DNA of 64,000 nt from Epiperipatus broadwayi (taxonomy: Eukaryota > Animalia > Onychophora), in NCBI GenBank assembly GCA_028023455.1, contig JAQFVV010000010.1, positions 7,936,001-8,000,000 of the forward strand, in the 5' to 3' direction. Positions 52,940 to 64,000 of this stretch are shown piece after piece; the stretch's first letter is position 1, and each line of letters starts with the position of its first letter. The position numbers and the translations under genes were made by a program. The notes under the pieces were generated by a model. It saw only the letters and a program-made list of their open reading frames with translations. It was not told the DNA's origin and did no database searches.

Positions 52940-53750
52940 CCTATTAATGGATGACTTATTTAAAATTGAATTACTCCTTTTTTATATTAAAAGTATATGT
53001 TTTTAACAAGTGAGTAGGTACTTTTAATTCTATGAATTTAGATATACATCCACTAATATCAAATTTTCCGTCAGCTAATTTTTTTTAACATTATCATGTC
53101 TTTAAGTATTTTTCTGACATTTAAAAATTGATTCAACATTTAAATTTTCTCCCTTTATAAATTTAATAAATCTTCATATTATCAGCTCTAGATTTAGTAT
53201 AAACTAAATCCATATTCCATATAATAGAACAATGTAACAATAAGAGAACAGAATAGCATCTATTTAATATAAGAGAAAAGATCTCTTCCATATTTCAAGA
53301 TATATCCCATACGTTTATAAGCTTTATTTATAATATGATTTGTATGTGCCCTAAATATAAATTGCTTACAAAACAGGATTCTTAAATCAGAAACAACTTC
53401 TTTATATGTAATATAATTTTCTTCACTCCTATAATGATGTACAGACCTGTTGGTTTTGTAAGTATAACTAACAATACTTGTTTTGCTTTCGTTTATCTTC
53501 ATGTTATTAAATTTACACCAATCATTAAAATATTCAATATCTCTTTGGAATTCAATATGATACTCATAGATATCAATTCTTTTAAATAATCTACAATCAT
53601 CAACATAAGTAAGTATTATGCTTTCTTTAATGTTTTTACCAATATCACACAGAAAGATATTAAAAAGTAATGGAGCCAATATTCCACCTTGTGTTGCTCC
53701 CTATTACATTTTTAAACAAACTAGATTGTTTTCTAAGGCAGTATGTAATT
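52940..53750 (-). mobile_element. Decayed CR1/Jockey-type LINE RT fragment
   Basis: GATQGGILAPLLFNIF...YVDDCRLF...DW...NNMKIN..K...SDL.I.F...F..H...I..KA.K. Confidence 0.8.
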
Positions 53751-53774
53751 TGCTTATACTGAATGTCTCTTATT

Positions 53775-54428
53775 TATGTAATTATAGGGATTTAAACTCA
53801 GGATTGTTCAGTGTATTCATCCTTGATAACATCTCAAGCAACCGATACACATGACCACACATATACAAAACAGATACACAATCCCCAATATATGTATTTC
53901 ATGCAGAATCAGCACTCATCAGTTGAGCCAGATCATAATCTTCCACATATGCAGCCTTATAATTACATATTGCTTGGGAAATAGATTACATTTTAGTATA
54001 AGTTTAGCCCACCCCCCCTCCTATTAATATATATGGATACATAATGGTTCAATAATATTAGGGGTTAAATTGATGTAATTAATGTCCGCATGAATATGAC
54101 TACAATATCAAATCCAATAAGGACTTTGAATGTTCCATTATCAGTTTTTCAATGAAATGATGATTGAATAGTTGGAAGGATGAAAAGATTGAAGCCTATC
54201 CATTAAAGTTTTAAATTTCTATCTTAATATAATCTAAGAACTGATTGTATATATGTGTGGAAGATTATGATCTGGCCCAAGTGATGAGTGCTCGTTCTGT
54301 ATGAAATACGTATATTGGAGATCATGTAGGTTTTTTTGTATATGTGTGGTCACATGTATAAATAGCGTGAGATGGAGTGGAAGATGAACAGACTAAACAT
54401 CCTGAGTTCAAATCCCTCTAATTACATA
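53775..54428. repeat. Hammerhead family 1, fold-back pair
   Basis: Minus arm HHR at 53884-53927 (CUGAUGA GUGCU-GAUUC-UGCAU GAAA). Plus arm HHR at 54276-54319 (C3G, GAAAUACGUAUA). Both arms end in CCTGAGTT(T/C)AAATCCCT(A/C)TAATTACATA. Confidence 0.85.
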
Positions 54429-55756
54429 GACTTAGTTTTATTTATACATACAAAAGTCTCTATTAATCAAATAATAATAATTCAATTCATTTATTTTTAA
54501 CTAACAGTTTAGTAGTCACAAGTATTTCCAGTAATAACGCAAAAATATATCTATTTATCTATTATTATTTCTGATATCTATCATAGTTCCTTACATAATA
54601 TTTTATTTTTAAATTGCATTTCATTTAAATAGAAAATATCTGCTTCCTTGAATCTATTGCTACACTCCATTTGTAATCTATAAATAGGTGAATAAATCAC
54701 TCTTTTTAATATTTGTAAATAAAATAAACTTTGACTTCTGAAGTTAAAAGTTGGAATCCTGAGGGGAATCTTAGTTGCTATATATTCTGATATTTTGCCA
54801 TTTATTAATTTAAATAAAAATATTATATCTGCTATTAATCTTCTATTGTACATACGATTATTTTTATTCAAGTATGTGTCATCATGAATATATCTATAAT
54901 ATTTATGTTGAATTTTTTGAAGGTTGTTTATAGTTGAATAATTGTAATTATTCCATGTTATAGATCCATAGTGGTATTAAAAAGTAATTTGTAAGTTTCT
55001 AATTTGAGTTTAATATTCAATCTCAAGATTAGACATATAATTTTATGTTTTATTTATTATTATTTGAAAAGTGATTATTAAAAGAAAAAAATAGTAATGG
55101 TAATGCCCAAATCTTTCTGGATATTATTCCTAGTTATTTTACAACCATTAGTATAAATAATAAGAAGCAATATTAATCATAGTTTTCTTGAACTAAGATA
55201 TTGTATTACATTTATCATGTTATTAGCTTCACATCATTTATATAATATAACTTTGCAATATTTTATGATCATTTGTATTTCTAATTTTTAAAAATATTTT
55301 GTTATCATCAGTGTAGCATAGAATGTTTTTCTCATTTATCATAAATAGCAAATCAGATGTATAAATGGCAAAAAGAATAGGGCTAAGAATACTTTCTTGT
55401 GGAATTCCATATTTATAAGAAGTTATAGTTGAAGATTCTTCATTAATATATACATAATTCTTTCTATAAGTAAGAAATAAATTTAAGAGTTTTAGGAGCT
55501 TAGTGGATAATCACATTGTGTTTGCTTTCCACAAAAGAAAACCATGATCTACTTTATCAAAAGCTTTAGAGAAATCAAAATAAATGACATCAACTTGATA
55601 TTTGAGACCTATGAATTGTGATATAGCATCTAAAATATGTAATAAATTTGTTTCTATGGAGCATCCAGGAATAATTTCATGTATAGAAGATGGAAAGATA
55701 TTTTTCAGTTGATCTAGATTTTATAATAAATTATTTTCTCAAATAGTTTTGCACAT

Positions 55757-56043
55757 CAGAAGTATATTCTCTTATTCTTCTCTTTCACTTTTTTTGCATA
55801 TCTTCATATATATATATATATTGGTTATAACAGTTCTTTCATATACACTTCAATGCAAACATTTTCTTAAAAACTTCTTTATTTTTATTACAGTTTTGAC
55901 TGTCCAGCAGTCTTCATCAGAGTACCTCTATGCTTCTTCTCTGCTGATGAAGACTGCTGGACAGTCGAAACTGTAAGGAAAATAAAGAAGTTTTTAAGAA
56001 AATTTGTTTGCATTGAAGTGTATATGAAAGAACTGTTATAAGC
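55757..56043. mobile_element. 287-bp fold-back hammerhead element (family 3, PLE 3'-end type) with 15-bp TSD
   Basis: Arms 55821-55920 and 55944-56043 are reverse complements around a 23-nt spacer. TSD AATAGTTTTGCACAT at 55742-55756 and 56044-56058. Inserted in the CR1 relic. Confidence 0.88.
55944..55975 (+). ncRNA. Hammerhead-like motif (family 3)
   Basis: CUGAUGA A GACUG-CUGGA-CAGUC GAAA CUG U A, with a perfect 5-bp stem II and AATAAA just downstream. Stem I pairing is weak. The minus-arm copy has AAAA in place of GAAA. Confidence 0.65.
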
Positions 56044-56178
56044 AATAGTTTTGCACATATTGTAAAAGAGTAATAGATCTAAAATTTGAAGGATCTGATT
56101 TATTTCCTGATTTATAAATTGGAATTATTTTTGAGATTTTCCAACAGACAGGATAATGTTATGTTTTTAATATTAGAC

Positions 56179-56279
<101 letters not shown>

Positions 56280-58199
56280 GCTGGTATTAATAATTATACA
56301 TGTAATGAGGAAAGATTCATGTGCATCAAGGTTTGCTTTCAATATTTTATGTGATGCATGAGGAGGAATATAAATGTTATCCAATAATAAGGTAGACTTA
56401 TATAGTTCAATTTTGACCATACTGCATCAAATGAGAAATTAGGAATATATATACATTTACACCTAATATGATTCTTGATTGAGATTAATATACCTTTTAC
56501 TTTAGATGCAATATATAATGGTCTATCACATCTGTATATCTTATATTGGTTATCTATAAATTCTTTATCATATATGCTTTCATTTAGCCAAGCTTCTGTT
56601 AAACAAATAATATCCTAATTTTCTGTTAAAATTCTATGCTTAATTATACATAATTTAGTATGTATCCCTCTAATATTTTGAAAATATATATTTAAAGAAT
56701 TTTTATTATCCATTATTTTCATCTTCAGTAGTGTGCATATACTATGATTGTGATAAGTTACTATTTATGATAATTGGTGTAATTGCATCTTTAAAAGTAT
56801 TATTAACACTATTCTTTAGCATTGAGTTATTTTGTAATTTGCCATAGAAGGGCATTAATACTGAACCAACAGGCCAAAGCTCTGTAATTGTAAAATGCTC
56901 TGTATATTTTTTATCTATTGATGTATAAAATGAACAATATTTTTTGTTTTCTGATTACTTACTGATATCTTTCTGAGTCATTGTCATATCAATTCTTGTT
57001 ATGAAAAATTTATTATAAATTATGCTAGGATTTTACTGTTAAAATATGTGTAATCTGAATAATCATTATAAATTTTCTATTTTTAAAATTTTTTATGATA
57101 CTATAGTAAATCCATCGTCATTACTGTTTTCATTATCTTTGTTAATTGATTTGATAGATGAGCAGATTCATTTTCTTGTATGAAAACATGATTATTTTCT
57201 CTTATTCATTATATTAGCTTCATTGTCACTACTGCATCAGCCCAAAATTATGAAGTTTTATTTTGATATTTATTTCTTTTATAATTCTCAATGTTATTAT
57301 TAGGATAAATATTAATATCAGTTATTTTACTTTCTTCTTTCCTTCCACTAAGTTTTTGATGGTTAATTGACTACTTCTATTGTTATTATCTTTCTTAGTT
57401 AGCATTTTGATTTGTTTCTTTTTAGGTGGTAAAGATTTATTCTCTTTTATTTTTCTATCTATAGATGTCACTATTCAATTACTTGTAGGAGTAATATTAT
57501 TATTATCAGATTTATTATAACTTTGAGGGTATTCTTTTTGTTCCAATATATCCTTAATTTTTCTTTTTAAAAAATAAGTTTTCATTAGACAAATTCTCTA
57601 ATTTTTGTTCAATCATAATTACATGAAAGAGAATTAATTTAACATTTAAAAAAGTTTGTTGATAACATTTCTGATAAGTGTGTAGAATGTGTATCTAAAC
57701 TATTACAAGGGTTATTATTATTGTAGTCAGGATATAGATAAAAATTATCCCCATTGAATTTAAATCTGCATTTGATAATGTTAAGCACTGTGCATGATAT
57801 ATTCCAAAACAATTACCAGAATAAGAAATAGATAAGTGAATAACAAAAATATTAGTAGAACAAAAGTGACATGATCAAGTATACTTTGTATTATTACTAA
57901 GTACTGATTTTTCACTCTTACTTTTTTTGGTTGATAAGTTTTCTAGGTAGAGGGTACTATTAAACTTAAATTAACTGTATCCTCCATTTTGTTTTCCTGA
58001 ATAGGATTTTGTTTTAAACAAATATTACAAATAAGAGTCAGCTGATCCTGGTTCATCTTTTTGTATATCTACTGTATGAGCATTAATGCATGTGGTATAG
58101 AATTTATTTCATACTTTTTGCAAATAATTTTAGATTGTTTTCAAAAACAAGGCAATTACAGCTAGCATATGGTGTTCCTCCCATAATAATCCCATAGTT

Positions 58200-59400
58200 G
58201 ATGATGATGATGATGATGATGATGATAATAATAATAATAATAATATTCCATTTATTTCAATGTATAACCAAATTACAGATTTCACATTAAATTAATAAAG
58301 GAAATAAACACAATGCATATAATATAATAATAAAAAGAAGGTAACAAACAAAAAAGTAAAAAAAAAAAATAAACAAATAAAATAAATTTAAATTAATCAA
58401 CAATTACATTTTAAGAATATTACAAAATTGTTTATGATTTAAATCAGTAAAAATCTGTTATATAAAGAAAGTAGCCTAAATAAAGAAGAAAATTTAATTA
58501 CATTGGAACTACAACAAACAAAAGCAGCCAAAGTATCATGATCATAAGACCCAATTATAATAGTTAAAATTATATGATGGAATAATTTGTTGATTTAGAA
58601 TTTTGTAAAGATACTTAAGATTTCTATATTTCTGACTAGAAGAAAAATGAAGAACAACTTTATTTTCTAAAGAAATGTATTTGGAGAATTTATTAAACAT
58701 TGATTGTAATAAATTACATCCTTATATAGAATTAGGATTCCAAATGATTGAACAATATTCAAGGATGGAAAGAATCGATGATAAAAATAATTTGAATTTT
58801 GTATCATCAGTGAAATGATGATGATAATAATAATAATACTATATAGCTATTTTCTCAAAATAATCTATTTATTGATAACTCAGTTTATATCAATTCTCTT
58901 TTCATGTTTATATATCTCAATTACTTTTCATTTTTATAAATTTGGAATTCATTTTTATTATGGGGGCACAGTTCATATATTTACTTTCCAATTCAATGTA
59001 TTTTTCATTTAGAAATACTATATTGAATATCAAGATCTATATGCTGATAGGATACTGGTGGAAATTGATAACGTTAGGGGAAAAAATCACATTTTTCTAC
59101 TTGTATCTTTTCTATATAGCTTATCTGCCCAAATACATTTCAATGACATAAAAATGAAATTAATGAAGCCACAATATTTTTAAGGTTTGCAAGGATAGCC
59201 AAAAGTTGCATAACTAACCATTGATTAATGAATATCATATATTATTTGAGATAGAAATGCAATATTTATTCCCCCTTCCTCCATGATCCAATGCACAAAG
59301 CACTTGATTTCAATTCCAATAAGTGACTATAGATAATTTGTCTTAATTAAAGAAAATCTTTCAATCAGTTCTCAATCAGAACATATAATTTTATATACTT
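58200..59400 (-). mobile_element. Decayed CR1-type LINE 3' portion ending in an (ATT)n/(ATC)n tail
   Basis: ILEYCSIIWNP (~58765-58735), IDLDI.YS...W/K.H (~59040), DM.FI.QW (~59230). Microsatellite at 58198-58245. Confidence 0.6.
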
Positions 59401-59574
59401 TATAATAAACAAATTAAAACAAAAGTGAGAAGGTAATTAAAATATGTTACCCATTATCACTCTAAGTTTTATAAACCTCCACTTAAAAACTATATAATAA
59501 ACAGAAAAAAATCACCTAAACTTTTACTGTTATATTTAATAGTAACAAAATTAAGTAAAACACAAAAATCTAGT

Positions 59575-59710
59575 CAAGCATCGTTAGCTGAGAGATCAGT
59601 GCAGTTGCCTTGCAAGCAAGCATTTGCTTGCAGACTGCTTGCAGACAGTTGTTGTGAGTTCGCCTCCTGGCTGATGCTATGACATATGAAAGGAAAAAAA
59701 AGAAAATCTA
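59575..59710 (+). mobile_element. tRNA-derived SINE copy
   Basis: TCAAGCATCG...GAGTTCGCCTCCTGGCTGATGCTATGACATATG plus an A-rich tail; same family as 1417-1520. Confidence 0.6.
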
Positions 59711-59870
59711 ATTTTGGTCACTGGAAGATAATTTGCAAACAATAGATAAATTAGTTTCAATAGGCTATGCAAGTTATAAAAGGTAGGATGTTATTGTATT
59801 GAAGTGGAATATAAAACAAAGTTATAAATCATTATTATTAATAAAACAACACAAAAATATTCTATTGTTG

Positions 59871-59985
59871 TCAAGTGTTGTTAGACGAGAGGTCAGTGCA
59901 GCCACCTTGCAGGCAAGCAGTTGGTTGCAGACAGCTGTTGCAGGTTTGCCTTCCAGCCGATGCTATGACATATGGAAAAAAAATT
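59871..59985 (+). mobile_element. tRNA-derived SINE copy
   Basis: TCAAGTGTTG...GGTTTGCCTTCCAGCCGATGCTATGACATATGG plus A run. Confidence 0.6.
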
Positions 59986-61675
59986 CTATTATTTAGTAGA
60001 ATTCAGACAGATTTTATCAATAGCATTTAATTGTTTGGGCAAATCAAGTTATATTAATAACTGATTATCATATTATTCCAATTAATGATAACATTTATAA
60101 CATTCTAACTGTAGAGTTGGCTATTACACTTTAATCACTATCGTATTTCAAATTAAATTATTGTGGTATGCATTAATAATGATTACTTATGTAATGCTAT
60201 GAGGTTGTATCTGTATGGAAATCAAATGCACATATTACAAAAAATTAACAATGATCACTTTCAGCTGAGATAATGATTACATAAGAAAAAGTCATAATGC
60301 TAATTTCAAATTTTTTATTCAAGCATTGTGATTGGTTAATGAATTAATTACAACATTTAGCTGTTTCAAAGGTTAAAATAAGCAATGCACAATATTAACG
60401 TTAAGATTTTATTACATACATACATGTATATATAAACAGTGCATTACGAATTAATTAGATTTTTCCTGTTATGTACACAGATATACTTATTATTTAAAAA
60501 TTAAACCGAATAATTTCTCGCAGAATAAATTCAACCAATTCATAATTATTATTTTATTATTATTAACTTAAGTTGAACTATGCGTCTCATTTCACCTTAG
60601 ATTTTCTTCTTCACGTCTAGAATCATGTCTGAAATTTCTGACTACAACATATGTTTGTTACAAAAGTTATTAATAGTAATATGATTGTTATTTCAATTTT
60701 ATATTTCATGAGTTTCATTATATTTATAGCCTATTAACAATCTTTTAAAAAGAAATTTAAAAGCAAATAAAATTAATTAAAATGAAACTTATTATCAGTC
60801 AGATATATCAAAATAAAATAATAACAACAACAAAAACAGCAGTTAATTTTAAATTTTTAAAATAAAAATACAGTATCTACATATAAAATCAGCAAAAAAA
60901 AAAGAAGAAGAAAAAACACATTTTAAAGCAACTTGTAAGAAAACATCTGGGCTTTTAAAATCTTTTTAATACATTATATAGTTATTTTAAATTTTAAATA
61001 TATTATCATCATATCAATCAAGAATACTTTCAATGCAGATCTAAATTTTCGCTTTCTGATATTTTATGATCTTCAATTGTAAACTTTTTGACTGTAATAA
61101 ACTAATTAAACTTTCCAATTAAAATGAACTATTTCTACATCATTTTTAAAAAATTTCAGATTGCACATTTGCTGGAATAACGTTCAAATATTGAGCCTTA
61201 GATGTTAACACATTAATTTCCATATTCATGACAGAAGCTTGAATCCAGGCCAAATAAATCTTAGAAATTTTTTCAGGCCATAAAAAGATTTAGAATTTTT
61301 ATTGAAATATGAGGCACATAGCCAATTCAATAAATAATCCATTAGAGATCAATAACCAGGTCTCTAGATATTATTAGGTAAAGATCTCAGGTTGATCAGA
61401 AGCATATTCATATGTTGATTGGAAAATTAAAAAGTATAATCATAACATAATGCAAATCTCACATCTGTTGGAGAAGTCATCATACTCCAGTGGGCCCACA
61501 ATTATCTCTACATTAATTTTAATTCTAAATATAGTTTTTAAATAATAAAAAAATCCAGTGAGCTATGTAACACTTACTATATAATGTGTTTCAACATATC
61601 TGACAATTATATTTTATAAAAAATGATAAATATTTTGTTTTTTATAAACTGAAGTGTCAAGGAAAACTAAAATAC

Positions 61676-61734
<59 letters not shown>

Positions 61735-61743
61735 GTATAATAC

Positions 61744-61812
<69 letters not shown>
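61676..61812. repeat. (AAT)n microsatellite with one interruption
   Basis: Two AAT runs, each ending in AAAGTAT(A/T)ATAC. Confidence 0.97.
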
Positions 61813-61813
<1 letters not shown>

Positions 61814-63764
61814 GTATTATACAGCCTGTTAAGTGCTATGATACATTAATTGAATTAATACGGTTATAGAAAGCAAAAAAAAAAAAAAATCTCCTCCCCC
61901 ATTCTAAGTAATCAAAACTGTTGTAGAAAAGTTAACAAAATGAAAAATGCTTTAGGAAAAATGTAGTTTTTTTAAATATAAGAAAGAAAATATATCAATT
62001 ACAATTTTAGTATTGCATATCCTTTCAATATTCATCTCTTACCAATAAATACCATAGCAAGAAGAAACATTTTTTTTTGTTTATATGTACATCCGAATTT
62101 TACTTTTAATTAGAAAATTGATTAGCATTTTTAGCAGATAAAAAAATAAAAGATGGAATAGCTTTTACATAAACCACATGAGAGCAAAAACGGCTTGCCA
62201 AGTGCTGGCCACAAAATCCAGCATTTTTTCACCTTTGTTTATTTTGTGCTTAAAAGTTTCTAGATTTCTAATATATAAACAATGTGGACTGATTATCTGG
62301 ATTGGTTACTGGAAAAAAAAAAGAATGAATTCTCACATTTATCACATTATAATTCAAACCCAGTACAGACATAGGCATATTGTTACATCACAGAGCCCCT
62401 TTTTATATAATTAAGATACAACCAGTAACCACCTAAACATTCACAGTAAAATATAGTAATCAATATTTCTCACTGCTGTCAAGGCAATCTTCACACCTTT
62501 TAATAGCAAGAATGGAACCCATTCTTACTAATGGTCCATTGAATATATATGGACACTTAAAGCTTGCAACTTGACTACAGAGTATGACATATTGATATAT
62601 AGAAGTTTAAATAAACCTCTTTAAACATGAAATAAACATGTCACTGTAATGCAGACTAATAAATAGTCAATTAACATTACAAACTGCAATATTTTTAAAT
62701 TGCCCATGTATTATTAAGTAAGTATGATTATATACTATAATTAAAAATAGTACCATATTACATTTCTTTTTTTGTTCTTACAATCAGCACATTGATGCTC
62801 ATCTAACCAGCCTAAAGTAATTTCAGACATTTATCCAGCAGCTAATAATGGCCAGATAGACATTTACTAATCAAAAGTGGATAGTAAACAGAATTAGATG
62901 TTAATTGATATCTTAAAGAAATACTCTAAGCCTGCTTGTGTTTGGAAAAAAATTTCAAGCTTCACCAAGCCTAACTTGAATTGCAGATCATGGTATGGCA
63001 AATAAATATACTAACCACTATGTCAGGAAGCATTTCCCATTATAATTAAATTATTTATTTTCATTGCATCTGTTTAATTTTTCTAGTTTGTTTATAGCAA
63101 TGAATTCACTTTGAAAGAGAAATAAAGACTGTTAAAGTTATTGATTATAAAAATTTAAGGTTAATTAATCTTGAAAATATTATTTTACTAATTGTCATTT
63201 GTTAAAAATGATGAGAATATAGCATAACTAATGACATCTTTTGTAAATCCTTTATTATCTCCTAATAATTAATCTTGAAAAATTTGTAACAAAAACTGTT
63301 TTATATTCGTTTTTATTTATGGAGCTGTAATCAATTTGATTTTAAGATGATTTCAAAAAATTTCCAAACCATTAATATATCATATTTTTTCCTATATATC
63401 ATGCACCAAACATACAAACTTTTATCAGTAAAACTTTAAGATTTTTTACAATTATTATAAAAATCTATATAGAATATTATCCATAATAGTAAAAAAAAAA
63501 AAAGAAGAATAATACTATAAAAAAATTGTTTTATTAACAATTTTAATTCCTAAAAAATTCCTCATCACTTTCATTCATGTTAATGCTATATTCCACATCT
63601 GCTTCGTTACTACTTTCTTCATACATTATCTCATTTTCTTTATGTTCAATGGCATTAGAAATTCCAGCTTTCTAAAAAAAATTATAATAATGTCTTCTTT
63701 GATGCTATCCAATAATTTCTTTATGCAATCACACATTTGACTAATGCTAACCATTACATTTTTT

Positions 63765-64000
63765 CTGAACATCACATGATCACTGTTTCTTATACTTGCT
63801 CATAACTGTTATTAAAATAGGAAAAACTCTCCATACATTAGAGCCTCTCAGTGCAAGCCAGAGTAATCACTGGATGCCAGAAGACTCGTGCATAAAATCC
63901 ATATCTAGTGCCTACTCATCCAATATCCCCAGACTAGTTTCTAGCTTTAGGCTTTCGTCATTGAGGAGCCTTGGATCTGAGAACACTACACCTAGATCTT
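63765..64000 (-). repeat. Hammerhead family 2 copy (runs off the window); HHR at 63926-63967
   Basis: Minus strand: UCCUCA AUGACGA AAGC-CUAAA-GCUA GAAA CUAG U C UGGGGA. Confidence 0.85.

Noticed and set aside
59660-59700. CTGATGC...GAAA in the SINE tail as a hammerhead
   Set aside because: Core A9 is absent and GAAA is not present in the other two SINE copies.
60596-60628. 33-bp frame-preserving micro-exon candidate on the minus strand (HDSRREEENL)
   Set aside because: Weak polypyrimidine tract and donor (GTGAAA). As a phase-2 exon it would interrupt the ALK HRD motif if it were adjacent. No corroborating exons.

Overview
AT-rich, CpG-poor animal (invertebrate-type) genomic DNA. The only clear host gene is ALK (anaplastic lymphoma kinase) on the minus strand. 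Two kinase-domain exons are present (51508-51600 and 16352-16453), separated by a ~35-kb intron; neighbouring exons were not found in the window. Nearly everything else is intronic repeat: an RTE LINE fragment with a 12-bp TSD, several decayed CR1-type LINEs, at least five decayed Penelope-like (PLE, GIY-YIG) relics, Tc1/mariner and Merlin-type TIR elements, a tRNA-derived SINE, and a 6.6-kb gag-only LTR element with 1.8-kb LTRs, tRNA-Pro-like PBS and PPT. The most notable signal is not in the ORF track. Three distinct non-coding repeat families carry minimal type-I hammerhead ribozyme motifs (CUGANGA/stem II/GAAA/short self-complementary stem III): family 1 is a ~475-bp monomer that also has a tRNA-like Pol III promoter, family 2 is a ~420-450-bp tandem monomer (retrozyme-like), and family 3 is a PLE 3'-end type. 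They repeatedly occur as fold-back (inverted) insertions, two of them flanked by clean 12- and 15-bp TSDs. A 15-nt Illumina adapter match at 41394-41408 is an assembly-quality warning. Most ORFs in the supplied track are spurious AT-rich frames or TE fragments. All motifs were read by eye with no searches or folding run, and boundaries of decayed elements are approximate.
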